Notes under the pieces: generated by a model | The model's database searches: none | Told to the model about the DNA's origin: nothing | What the model saw: only the letters and a program-made list of their open reading frames with translations | Made by a program: the position numbers and the translations under genes | Assembly (NCBI GenBank): GCA_045541395.1 | Contig: JAZQIZ010000001.1 | Location: forward strand, 107,701-171,700 | Direction of reading: 5' to 3' | Length of the DNA stretch: 64,000 nucleotides | Source of the DNA: Eubacteriales bacterium | GTDB lineage: Bacteria; Bacillota; Clostridia; Oscillospirales; UMGS1783 | Shown: positions 9,261 through 18,779 of the stretch, in pieces | Layout of the letters: the number at the start of each line of letters is the position of its first letter | How positions within the stretch are numbered: position 1 is the stretch's first letter

Positions 9261-10448
9261 ATGAAAACTCCTGGGTCAGTCGATATATCGATAGTAAGAA
9301 ATATAAACAGCCGCGCGTTGCTTGATGCGATCTTTAGTCTTGAGGTTACCTCCCGTTCTGCATTAGCTAAAAAACTTGGTATGAGTAAGTCCTCCGTTTC
9401 GACAAATCTTATTCCCCTTATAGAAAGTGGAATTGTATCCGAATTGGGGGAAGGTGAAGTTTCCGTTGCAGGCGGAAGAAAACCTCAGCTTATCTCTTTT
9501 AATAAGAATAATAAATACGTTATTGCTGTTGACCTTAATATGTCAAGTCCTTTGTTTGTTTTGGGCAATCTCAAGGGGGAACAGCTCAGTGAGTTTACCT
9601 GTAAGCTGAACAGCAGTGTTTCTCAGGAAGATTATCTCAATATGCTCTATAATGCAGTTGAACTGCTTATTTCAGCAAGAGGCATATGCAAGGAAGATAT
9701 TTGCTATATTGCCATTGCTTCTCCGGGTGTATTTGACGAGCACAGCCGTTTGTGTTCAAGCAACCGTAACTACGGAGGTGTACGGTTTAAAACTCTTGAT
9801 CTTAGAAATGTTATAGAGGAAAAGTACGGGATCCCCGTTTTTATTAAAAATGATGTTAAGACCGCTGCACTGGGAGAATGGGCAAATAACAGCAGAAATA
9901 CTGATAATATGTTATATCTCAGCTGTGGTCTCGGCATAGGTACAGGCCTTATTTTAGAAGGAAGACTTTTTGACGGCTTCAGCAACGCAGCAGGCGAAAT
10001 ATATAATTATCTTGATTACTCCTCAATAAATAGTGAGGTAACTATTGAAGATACTGTTTGTATGAAATGGCTTATTAATAAGGTTAACGGCGATGTTTCA
10101 AAAGGAGTTGATACCTGTCTTTCGAAACAGTCTCAGATCGACTTTGAAGGTATCGTAAATGCCTATAAATCAGAAGATAAGTATATTATTTCGGTTGCTG
10201 AGGAAATTGCACACAAACTTAATACCGTAATAGTAAACCTTGTTAATCTTCTTGATATAGATAGCGTTGTATTGGGCGGCGAATATTTAAAATTTGCTCC
10301 AACCGTTATAACGGATTTTGAAGATAATTTTATAAAATACTGCAGAAGGGCGCCTAAAATTGTACCCGGTATTTTAAAGCAGTATGCAGGTGTCCAGGGG
10401 TTGTTTTTAACAGCAAGAGAAAAATATTTTAAGTTTTTATGTAAATAA
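9261..10448 (+). CDS. ROK-family transcriptional repressor (XylR/NagC-like)
   Basis: N-terminal HTH (SRSALAKKLGMSKSSVS), GGRKP linker, KNDVKTAALGE, GIGTGLI, AGEI. Confidence 0.92.
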   Translation: MKTPGSVDISIVRNINSRALLDAIFSLEVTSRSALAKKLGMSKSSVSTNLIPLIESGIVSELGEGEVSVAGGRKPQLISFNKNNKYVIAVDLNMSSPLFVLGNLKGEQLSEFTCKLNSSVSQEDYLNMLYNAVELLISARGICKEDICYIAIASPGVFDEHSRLCSSNRNYGGVRFKTLDLRNVIEEKYGIPVFIKNDVKTAALGEWANNSRNTDNMLYLSCGLGIGTGLILEGRLFDGFSNAAGEIYNYLDYSSINSEVTIEDTVCMKWLINKVNGDVSKGVDTCLSKQSQIDFEGIVNAYKSEDKYIISVAEEIAHKLNTVIVNLVNLLDIDSVVLGGEYLKFAPTVITDFEDNFIKYCRRAPKIVPGILKQYAGVQGLFLTAREKYFKFLCK

Positions 10449-10469
10449 ATTTTCAAAGGAGATATTAAT

Positions 10470-11237
10470 ATGACCAGAGAAGAATTTGCAAAAACCATTG
10501 ATCACGCAATGTTATGGCAGGATACTCCCAGAGAATTACTTATTAAGAGATGCCATGATGTTGTAAAGTATGGCTTTGCCTGCATCTGCTGTTTTCCCAG
10601 TGATGTTCCCATTGCCAAGGAAATAATAGGCGATAAGGGCAATATTTGTGCTGTTGTTGGCTATCCTATGGGTATGAATACCACCGAAACAAAGGTATTT
10701 GAAGCTTTGGATGCTATCGAAAAAGGAGCCAATGAAATTGACGTTGTAATGAATGTATCCCGTTTTCTTAACAAGGAATACGATTATGTTCTTAATGAAT
10801 TAAAGGCAGTTGTTAATGCTTGTAAAGAAAAGCTTCCTGAATGTATTGTTAAGGTTATTATAGAAGTTTATCATCTTGCTCCTGCAGAAGCTATGAAGGG
10901 GGCTAAGACCATGCTTCCTCCTGAAGAGTTTATTAATAAGCTCCATAATAACGAAAACCTTGCTAAGGCGTGCGAACTTGTTATTGAATCTGGTGCAGAT
11001 TACGTTAAGCAGGCAACCGGCTATGCTCCCGATCCTGATTTCAATAATGGCACTCAGAATCTTATAGATATCCACAATATTGTTGGTGATCGTATTAAGG
11101 TTAAAAATGCAGGTATTCCCAAGGATCTTGAAGAAGCTGTTTATTACGTTAAGGAGCTTGGTGTTTATAGAATAGGACACAATAATATGCCTGAATGGCT
11201 TGATGAAGCAGGGGAAGAATTCTGGAAAGATAAATAA
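10470..11237 (+). CDS. deoC: Deoxyribose-phosphate aldolase-like class I aldolase (divergent)
   Basis: IDHAML, VVGYPMG, GANEIDVVMN, VKVIIE, GADYVK (Schiff-base Lys); phosphate-site motifs altered. Confidence 0.75.
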   Translation: MTREEFAKTIDHAMLWQDTPRELLIKRCHDVVKYGFACICCFPSDVPIAKEIIGDKGNICAVVGYPMGMNTTETKVFEALDAIEKGANEIDVVMNVSRFLNKEYDYVLNELKAVVNACKEKLPECIVKVIIEVYHLAPAEAMKGAKTMLPPEEFINKLHNNENLAKACELVIESGADYVKQATGYAPDPDFNNGTQNLIDIHNIVGDRIKVKNAGIPKDLEEAVYYVKELGVYRIGHNNMPEWLDEAGEEFWKDK

Positions 11238-11359
11238 TAAGCCATTTGTTTATTTGTGTTGAAATGTCTTTTTGTGTACATTTCTTACCTTAAAAAATAT
11301 AGTAAATAAAAGATCTCTTTGCTATAATTATGGCAAAGAGATTTTTTAGAGGTGATAAT

Positions 11360-12187
11360 ATGCGAGTATATATTCCCGATAATGTTTCTGAAAAAACTGC
11401 TTTTGAGCGAACAACCGATCTTTGCATTTGCGCCCATCAAGATGATGCTGAAATAATGGCATTTTGTGCTATTAACAACTGCTTTAATCGGCCGGATAAA
11501 TGGTATACAGGGATTACGGTAAGTGACGGTGCAGGTTCTCCGCGTATCGGAAAATTTGAAAATTTTACTGATGAACAAATGAAAGCAGTAAGAGTTATAG
11601 AACAGGAGCGTGCCGCAGATTTAGGCAAATATTCGGCGCAGGTTCAATTAGGCTTTAGCAGTAAGGAAATCAAGTACGATGCCTGTACAAAGCTGGAAGA
11701 GGAGCTTTCGGAGCTTTTGGCGGCAATTAAACCTCAAAGAGTTTTTATTCATAATCCTGCCGATAAGCACCCAACCCACGTTGCTTGTTGTCTGAGGGCG
11801 ATAAATGCCCTTAGGACTTTGCCTAAAGATATCCGTCCGGAGAAAATTTACGGTATGGAGGTATGGCGTTCTCTTGATTGGTTAAATGAAGAGTATAAGA
11901 TTTTATTTGATTGCAGCGCAGGGAAAGACCTTGCATTAAAAATACTCAGCGTGTTTGAATCTCAGATAGCAGGTGGTAAAAATTATGACGAGGCAGCCTG
12001 TGGACGTATGATAGCAAATGCAACCTTTCTGGAAAGCCATAATACCGATAATTTCTCTCTTGTTTCTTATGGCCTTGATTTAACCGATGCAGTTTATTCC
12101 AATACGGATATATGTGAGTATATTTTAAGTCTTTACAATAGAACAGGTGAAGACATCAAATCTCTTATAGGGAGCTTAAGAAAATGA
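11360..12187 (+). CDS. PIG-L/LmbE-family N-acetyl sugar deacetylase
   Basis: AHQDDAEIM, SDGAG, R..EQ..AA, HNPADKHPTH metal motifs; GAGGTG RBS; extended -10 TGcTATAAT at 11320-28. Confidence 0.85.
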   Translation: MRVYIPDNVSEKTAFERTTDLCICAHQDDAEIMAFCAINNCFNRPDKWYTGITVSDGAGSPRIGKFENFTDEQMKAVRVIEQERAADLGKYSAQVQLGFSSKEIKYDACTKLEEELSELLAAIKPQRVFIHNPADKHPTHVACCLRAINALRTLPKDIRPEKIYGMEVWRSLDWLNEEYKILFDCSAGKDLALKILSVFESQIAGGKNYDEAACGRMIANATFLESHNTDNFSLVSYGLDLTDAVYSNTDICEYILSLYNRTGEDIKSLIGSLRK

Positions 12188-13455
12188 AATTCGTTCCTCC
12201 TTTGGAAGAAAACTTTGATCCGTTAGCGTTACATTTAACCGAAGAAAAAAACCGCTTTGCCATTCTTTACGGGATAAACGGTAAGGCCGATGTAGTTCGT
12301 TTCGGTATAAACGATAAGTACCTTGAACGAATAATAAAATTTCTGTTATGGCAAAGAGGTCCTGTTAAAATTGAAGTAAGTAATGTAAGTGATGAGTGCT
12401 GTAAAGCATACTCTGAAAACGGAGCAAGATACTTTGATTATAACTTTTTTTCAGATTCATATAAGAAAGAACTTATTGTTGGGAAAGCAGACATTCTTCC
12501 TTTTGTAACTGAGAAGATAAGTATTCCCGTACGGGCATCCTTTGAAGGTAGCCGTATCGGTATTGATCTTGGCGCTTCTTCAATTAAAATATGGGCCGGA
12601 ATAAACGGTGAAGAACGGTTGAATACATCGTTACCTTGGCGGCCAAAGGATAAAAAGGATATTGGTTATCATATTTCAGCAATAAAAAAAGCCATTGAAA
12701 TGGCAGAGGATACTTTGCCCCGGATAGATGCAATTGGAATAAGTACTGCAGGAATTGTAAATAATAACTGTATATTAATTTCTTCTTTGTTTAATAATAC
12801 TGAAAACTATAACATCAATGCAGTATATAATACAGCACTTTCTTTTAAGCCCAAAAGAATTACCATTTGTAATGACGGTGATGCAGCTGCGGCCGCAGCA
12901 TACGTTCTTTGTAATAAAAGTAATGTTTTAGGGCTTTCAATGGGATCTTCGCTGGCAGGTGGGTACATTAATTCTGACGGTTGCTTTGCTGATTATATCA
13001 GTGAACTTGCATTTTGTCCTGTTGACGTAAGTGAAAACGCCCCTTGTGATCCTTGGTCGGGTGACATAGGCACAGGTGTAGATTATTTTTCAGCCCAGGC
13101 CGTTGCAAGGTATGCTAAGAAAGCGGGCATTGAATTTGAAGAAGGATTGCCGGATTCAAAAATCACCGCTTTGGTATATAAACTATTTTGTGCAGGGGAC
13201 AAAAGGGCTGAGGATATTTATAAAACCATTGGCATAATCTTGGGTTATACCGTACCGCTGTATTATTATTTTTATAAAATGGATACAGTAATGCTTTTAG
13301 GCGGAGTAGCTAAAGGTAAAGCAGGGCAATTTATTGCTGAGAATGCAAGTAAAGTGCTCCGTGAAGAGTTTTGCAATATTAACTCAAGCTTGCTTATTCC
13401 TGATGAAATAATAAGACTTACCGGCCAGGCTAAAATAGCAGCTGCATTGCCATGA
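12184..13455 (+). CDS. ROK-family protein, putative sugar kinase with N-terminal extension
   Basis: IGIDLGASS, GISTAG, NDGDAAA, MGSSLAGG, SELAFCPVD; ATGA overlap with the deacetylase stop. Confidence 0.8.
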   Translation: MKFVPPLEENFDPLALHLTEEKNRFAILYGINGKADVVRFGINDKYLERIIKFLLWQRGPVKIEVSNVSDECCKAYSENGARYFDYNFFSDSYKKELIVGKADILPFVTEKISIPVRASFEGSRIGIDLGASSIKIWAGINGEERLNTSLPWRPKDKKDIGYHISAIKKAIEMAEDTLPRIDAIGISTAGIVNNNCILISSLFNNTENYNINAVYNTALSFKPKRITICNDGDAAAAAAYVLCNKSNVLGLSMGSSLAGGYINSDGCFADYISELAFCPVDVSENAPCDPWSGDIGTGVDYFSAQAVARYAKKAGIEFEEGLPDSKITALVYKLFCAGDKRAEDIYKTIGIILGYTVPLYYYFYKMDTVMLLGGVAKGKAGQFIAENASKVLREEFCNINSSLLIPDEIIRLTGQAKIAAALP

Positions 13456-13499
13456 GCGGCCAAAAATTAAAAAATATAATTGTTTTTTTTAATAAATAC

Positions 13500-13528
13500 T
13501 TGAAAATATCGCGTAAATGTACTATAAT
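13500..13528 (+). promoter_or_regulatory. sigmaA promoter
   Basis: TTGAAA-17 bp-TATAAT upstream of the CofE-like gene. Confidence 0.6.
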
Positions 13529-13577
13529 TCCTATGTTGTGCTAAACAAAGAATCCAAAACAAAATGAGGGGATTTAA

Positions 13578-14780
13578 ATGGAAGAAAATACAAGAAGAGT
13601 TGGCACTGTATCACGCGGTATTCGTTGTCCTATAATCCGCGAGGGTGATGATCTTGCTGAAATTGTTGCCCGGAGTGTTCTTGAGGCAGCAGAAATTGAA
13701 GGTTTTGCCCTGCGCGATAAAGACGTTATTTCTGTAACCGAATCAATAGTAGCCCGTTCTCAGGGTAATTATGCTAAGGTTGAAGATATAGCGCAGGATG
13801 TTAAAACAAAGCTTGGTGGGGGAACCATAGGTGTTATATTTCCCATACTTTCCCGTAACCGTTTTGCTATTTGCCTCAGAGGTATTGCTTCAGGTGCAAG
13901 GAAAATTGTTTTACAGTTAAGCTATCCTTCTGATGAAGTTGGTAATGCTCTTTTAAGCTATGATCAGATAGATAATGCAGGTATTAATCCTTATTCTGAT
14001 ATTTTAACCTTAGAACGTTATCGTGAGCTTTTCGGTGAAAACAAGCATGAATTTACCGGTATAGATTACGTTGATTATTACTGTAATATTATTAAAGAAA
14101 GCGGAGCTGAGGTTGAAGTAATCTTTGCCAATAATCCTAAGGCTATTCTTGACTATACTAAAAATATATTAACTTGCGATATTCATACAAGAAAACGCAC
14201 TAAACGTATTCTCAGAGAGGCCGGCGCTCAGGTCGTTTGCGGTCTTGATGATATACTTAATGCTCCTGTTAACGGCTCAGGCTTTAATGAAAAATACGGT
14301 CTTTTAGGCTCCAATAAATCAACTGAAGATTCCGTTAAACTTTTCCCTAAGGAATGTAAGGACTTTGTGCTTGACGTGCAGAAGCGTATTTTAGATGCAT
14401 GCGGTGTTAATGTTGAGGTTATGGTTTACGGTGACGGTGCGTTTAAAGATCCTCAGGGTAAGATTTGGGAACTGGCAGATCCTGTTGTTTCTCCCGCATT
14501 TACCGATGGTCTTATCGGCACTCCCAATGAGCTTAAATTAAAGTATCTTGCTGATAATGATTTCAAAGATCTTTCCGGTGAAGAACTTAAAAAGGCTATT
14601 TCCGATAGTATCAAGGCTAAGGACGGCTCAAGTCTTGTTGGTAATATGGCTGCTCAGGGTACAACTCCAAGACAACTGACTGACCTTATCGGTTCTCTTT
14701 GTGACTTAACAAGCGGCTCCGGCGATAAGGGGACTCCCGTTGTTCTTGTACAGGGCTATTTTGATAATTATACTAACTAA
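13578..14780 (+). CDS. Coenzyme F420-0:gamma-glutamyl ligase (CofE) family protein
   Basis: PIIREGDDL, VTESIVAR, GDGAFKDP, GTTPR, DLTSGSGDKGTPVVLVQGY. Confidence 0.8.
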   Translation: MEENTRRVGTVSRGIRCPIIREGDDLAEIVARSVLEAAEIEGFALRDKDVISVTESIVARSQGNYAKVEDIAQDVKTKLGGGTIGVIFPILSRNRFAICLRGIASGARKIVLQLSYPSDEVGNALLSYDQIDNAGINPYSDILTLERYRELFGENKHEFTGIDYVDYYCNIIKESGAEVEVIFANNPKAILDYTKNILTCDIHTRKRTKRILREAGAQVVCGLDDILNAPVNGSGFNEKYGLLGSNKSTEDSVKLFPKECKDFVLDVQKRILDACGVNVEVMVYGDGAFKDPQGKIWELADPVVSPAFTDGLIGTPNELKLKYLADNDFKDLSGEELKKAISDSIKAKDGSSLVGNMAAQGTTPRQLTDLIGSLCDLTSGSGDKGTPVVLVQGYFDNYTN

Positions 14781-14783
14781 TAA

Positions 14784-14813
14784 AAAACATGTTCGGTTAA
14801 CCGAACAGGTTTT
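14784..14813. terminator. Bidirectional terminator
   Basis: aaaacatgttcgg-ttaa-ccgaacaggtttt between convergent genes. Confidence 0.7.
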
Positions 14814-14816
14814 CTT

Positions 14817-15908
14817 TTATTTTAGCATATTGCTATTATTAAGAACCGACGTATTGTAAATAAACAATACGTCCTGACCGCTAAATTCAACGTAGTCACC
14901 TAAAAGGTCACTTTGAATATATCTTGTGTCAAGAAGTGTAATTTTAGAGTAATACTCGGTAAAGTAGGGCGCAAGTGAAGAACCGAATGAATCTCTGAAT
15001 ATAATAAGTTCCTTATCTGTTTTTGCTTTTGGGGAGATTATTTCAATTATTGAAACGGCGCCGTCAAGGAAAATATCGTAGGGATCCTTTGCTGTAAATT
15101 TATCAGTATTATATACGGGAAGATATTTACCGGTTTCATAATTAATAACTGTTGCGCTTTCGGTGTATTCATTTGTAAGGTAGGTTATCTTATCTGCTTT
15201 TAAGGGAAGGGCAGACTGTCCGTAATATACACCGAAAAAGGGTTCCAATACGTTTTCTTTGTAATCTGCGTTGAGCTGTATTTCCATACCGTTTGCAAGA
15301 GCATTAACAGTATCCTTGATATTAGCTTGATCCCAATGGGTATCGGTAGGGTAGTAATCGTCAATATCAAGGGTATTGAAAATATCAATATAAGTTACAC
15401 CTTCAAGATTGTTGTTGAATACAGACATCATTTTATCGTAGTCAACACCGGGATAACCGTTTTCTGCTGCCAGAAAGTAGTTTTTATCCGGTATAACAGA
15501 ACAGTAAACCTTTGAACCATTCAAATATTTGTTGCAGAGATACTCTATTTTTTCAGTTGCTTCAATTACAGAGTTTTCTCTTAAGGGAAATTCCATCTTT
15601 GAAGCTTGGTCTCCTATAACGTAAATGTCATTATTGTCCTTTTGCATAAATACGTTGTACGTGAAAAAAGCCTTTATTTTTCTAAACTGTTCGCGCAAAG
15701 GGAATTGATCAACAGCGTAATCGGAAAATTTAGAGAAGAAATCTCCTTTAAAAACGTTTTCAAATGAGACTTCAGGGAATTGGTTAAGTTTTCTGCGCTC
15801 ACTTTCGGAATATTCGGTTGCGGGTTTTATAATGCAGCAGATAAATGCGCCTATAAATATAAGTGAGAATACGGCAACTATAATTTTGTGTTTTATATTA
15901 CTGTTCAT
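14817..15908 (-). CDS. DHHW-family / AlgJ-like SGNH O-acyltransferase partner
   Basis: N-terminal TM, ERRKL, DQFPLR, TDTHW, RDSFG motifs; directly downstream of MBOAT gene. Confidence 0.85.
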   Translation of the reverse strand: MNSNIKHKIIVAVFSLIFIGAFICCIIKPATEYSESERRKLNQFPEVSFENVFKGDFFSKFSDYAVDQFPLREQFRKIKAFFTYNVFMQKDNNDIYVIGDQASKMEFPLRENSVIEATEKIEYLCNKYLNGSKVYCSVIPDKNYFLAAENGYPGVDYDKMMSVFNNNLEGVTYIDIFNTLDIDDYYPTDTHWDQANIKDTVNALANGMEIQLNADYKENVLEPFFGVYYGQSALPLKADKITYLTNEYTESATVINYETGKYLPVYNTDKFTAKDPYDIFLDGAVSIIEIISPKAKTDKELIIFRDSFGSSLAPYFTEYYSKITLLDTRYIQSDLLGDYVEFSGQDVLFIYNTSVLNNSNMLK

Positions 15909-15920
15909 CAGTATTCCCCC

Positions 15921-17297
15921 TTAAAATCTAAAGTATAAAAACGGGTTAAAAGAGCCGTCTACCAAATATGCGGTAATGGGTACTATAAGCCCAATTAAAA
16001 CAATAGGCTCAAGTATATTTGAAACTTTTTCCGGTATTTTATTTGCTAAATTCTTAACTAAAGGCGTTGCTCCAATAATTGCGGCAATAATAACCAGAGC
16101 ATAGCTTCTTAAATAGTATAGGGTAACCGTATTGCTTATCGGAATATTGCCTGCGCCGAAAAGACCGCCTATATCGGACAAAACTGTTTTCATATCGGGT
16201 GCATTGAATATTACAAAGCTTATTATAACTGCGAACAAAACATAAATATGGGATATAATATCGGGAATATTCTTCATAAACAGCTTTTCAAGTAAAAGCA
16301 GTGCGCCAAAATATAGACCCCATATAATAAAGTTCCAGCCTGCTCCGTGCCAAAGCCCGGTAAACAGCCAAACGATCAAAATGTTTCTAAGCCATTTGAT
16401 CTTGGTTGTTCTGCTTCCGCCAAGGGGAATATAAATATAATCCCTGAACCAGGTACCTAAAGAAATGTGCCATCTGCGCCAGAATTCAGTTACACTCTTT
16501 GAAATATAAGGGTAATTAAAGTTTTCCATAAATTCAAAGCCAAATATTCTGCCAAGGCCTATTGCCATATCACTGTAACCGGAAAAATCAAAGTAAATGT
16601 GCAAGGAAAAGCTTATGGCATAAATCCAGAAAAACAAAACGCTTTTTTCCGGTGTATTTCTAAAAATATCACAAAGCTGTCCTAATGCGTTGGCTATAAG
16701 AACTTTTTTTGATAGGCCTATAATAAATCTTCTTATACCGTCGGAAACCTTCTTAACAGTAATCGTGCGGTGCTGCAGTTGGTTATCGATATCAGAATAA
16801 CGAACAATGGGGCCGGCAATAAGCTGAGGGAATAATGCAACGTAAGCCGCAAGGTCAATGATATTTCTCTGAGCCTTCACATCTCCCCGGTATACGTCAA
16901 CTGTGTAACTCAAAGTCTGAAAAGTGTAAAAACTGATGCCTATAGGTAATGCAATATTTGCAAGTGTAATGTTTACACCTAATAAAGAATTAAGGTTATC
17001 TACGGTAAAGTTTGCATATTTAAAGAATACCAGCATTCCTGCATTTATTGCTATGGATAAAATAAGAAATAACTTTGAAAGCTTGGTTCCTCTAAATTTT
17101 TCTATAAGCAAACCGTTTACGTATGCAGAAACAATTGCGGCTAACATTAATATTATATAAACTTTTTCGCCGTAAAAATAGAAGAACAGGCTTGTTATTA
17201 ACAGTATGAAATTTTTTAATTTCATGGGAACTGCAAAATAAAGTATGATTACAATGGGCAAGAAATAGAAAAGGAATTCTATTGATGAAAAAACCAT
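15921..17297 (-). CDS. MBOAT O-acyltransferase (AlgI/DltB-like)
   Basis: MVFSS.EFL, LPIGISFYTFQ, FPQLIAGPIVR, YFDFSGYSDMAIG, FWRRWHISL, GLWHGA, FLYFRF. Confidence 0.95.
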   Translation of the reverse strand: MVFSSIEFLFYFLPIVIILYFAVPMKLKNFILLITSLFFYFYGEKVYIILMLAAIVSAYVNGLLIEKFRGTKLSKLFLILSIAINAGMLVFFKYANFTVDNLNSLLGVNITLANIALPIGISFYTFQTLSYTVDVYRGDVKAQRNIIDLAAYVALFPQLIAGPIVRYSDIDNQLQHRTITVKKVSDGIRRFIIGLSKKVLIANALGQLCDIFRNTPEKSVLFFWIYAISFSLHIYFDFSGYSDMAIGLGRIFGFEFMENFNYPYISKSVTEFWRRWHISLGTWFRDYIYIPLGGSRTTKIKWLRNILIVWLFTGLWHGAGWNFIIWGLYFGALLLLEKLFMKNIPDIISHIYVLFAVIISFVIFNAPDMKTVLSDIGGLFGAGNIPISNTVTLYYLRSYALVIIAAIIGATPLVKNLANKIPEKVSNILEPIVLIGLIVPITAYLVDGSFNPFLYFRF

Positions 17298-17319
17298 TTC
17301 TTTATGTCCTTTCAGTAAA

Positions 17320-17342
17320 AAAGGCCTGTGAAACAGGCCTTT
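17320..17342 (-). terminator. Intra-operon terminator or stabilising hairpin
   Basis: aaaggcctgt-gaa-acaggccttt with T-run on the minus strand, between lipoprotein and MBOAT genes. Confidence 0.6.
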
Positions 17343-17353
17343 AAGTATTTTAA

Positions 17354-17878
17354 TTATTCGCCGGCTCTTTCTATAACTGTACCAACTTTGCCGCCTGCAA
17401 CTTCTTCAAATGCACCGTATACGGTGTCTGCAGTAGCTGCATCAGCCATAACTAAAATAATAACGTCTCCGCAGTTATTAACAATAACCTTTTCTGCAGT
17501 AACGCAGATCCACTTTCTTGCATCTACATTGTCGGAAATGCTCTTTTTAATTGTTTCAACATCAGCGCCGTCTTCGGTTTTAACAAGGCATACGGAGTAT
17601 GCAATAGAACCGATCATAGGCTCAGAGAAAACTGCTTCGGTAATACCGTCTGCGCTATCAAGACCAAGATAGTACTTAACTGCGTCTGCATCAGCGGTGT
17701 CTATGGGAAGAGCTTCGCCGATAGCAATTTCAAGTGTTACCTTTTCGTAAATGCTTGCCATAATCTCGGAAAGAGTTCCTTCAAGGCTACCTTCGTCTTC
17801 TGCAGGTGCCTTTGCACCGCAGGCACAAAGAGCTAATAACATTGTAAGTACAAGGATGAGAGCTAATACTTTTTTCAT
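17354..17878 (-). CDS. Lipoprotein (DUF4358-like) associated with MBOAT locus
   Basis: Signal peptide with lipobox LCAC; EPMIGSIAYS and RKWICV motifs. Confidence 0.75.
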   Translation of the reverse strand: MKKVLALILVLTMLLALCACGAKAPAEDEGSLEGTLSEIMASIYEKVTLEIAIGEALPIDTADADAVKYYLGLDSADGITEAVFSEPMIGSIAYSVCLVKTEDGADVETIKKSISDNVDARKWICVTAEKVIVNNCGDVIILVMADAATADTVYGAFEEVAGGKVGTVIERAGE

Positions 17879-17899
17879 TTTTTATTCTCCTTTAATATA

Positions 17900-18778
17900 T
17901 TATTTTAATTTATAACGCATTATATTGTTGTCAAACACTACTTCAACTGTACCTTCATCATAAAGATAGGTCATATAGGAACGGAAAGTTGCTGAGCAGA
18001 GCATATTTTGAGATAAACTCATTTTCATTTCATACTTATCAAAGAAAGCTTTTAGTAGTTCGTCAACTGATTTGGGTGTTTTGCATTCTTTCTTTAAGAA
18101 CTCTAGTACGCCTTGTATATGCTTAACGTTAATATCAATAACCTCTGCAAGGTCAGTAAGTACCTCACCGTGCGAAGGAATATAGAGCTTTCCTTCTATA
18201 CTCTTAAGCTTCTCTAAAGAAGCGAGCGTCTCTTTAATATTATAAAAATAACAGATATTGTATTTTTCAATTGTAGATGCGGGTGTTAAGGCATCTCCTA
18301 TAAACCAAATATTATCCTTTGTTTTATAGGCTGTCTGAGCAGGCGAGTGGCCTGAAAATAAACTAAATGTAATTCCCTTTGGCAGCAACTCTTCTTTTAA
18401 TTCCTGGGTTTGAGTAGGTTGAGCGTAAAAGAATTTTCCCAGCATATCCTTATTGGGATATCCGCCGTAAAGGGTCGTTGGCTGAATAAGCGTGTTGCAG
18501 ATCAGAGCCGCATCAGGATTTGAGCACATAATTTTTAAGTTATATTTTTGCTGTAAATAAGCATTTCCGCCAACGTGGTCCGCATGGGAATGAGTGTTTA
18601 AAAGCAAAACGGGATTCCAACCCATTTTGTCAATATGGGTTGAAAGCTTTTTGGCCGCCCCTTTATCGCTTCCTCCGTCAATTATACAAACATCATTATC
18701 ATCTATTACGTATATACCGCAACGGGAAGGGCAGTCCATATAATAAGTTGAGAAACCTGCCTGAATTAATTCGTACAT
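17900..18778 (-). CDS. MBL-fold metallo-hydrolase
   Basis: THSHADHVGG, GHS, GDA, PSHG motifs. Confidence 0.9.
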   Translation of the reverse strand: MYELIQAGFSTYYMDCPSRCGIYVIDDNDVCIIDGGSDKGAAKKLSTHIDKMGWNPVLLLNTHSHADHVGGNAYLQQKYNLKIMCSNPDAALICNTLIQPTTLYGGYPNKDMLGKFFYAQPTQTQELKEELLPKGITFSLFSGHSPAQTAYKTKDNIWFIGDALTPASTIEKYNICYFYNIKETLASLEKLKSIEGKLYIPSHGEVLTDLAEVIDINVKHIQGVLEFLKKECKTPKSVDELLKAFFDKYEMKMSLSQNMLCSATFRSYMTYLYDEGTVEVVFDNNIMRYKLK

Positions 18779-18779
18779 A

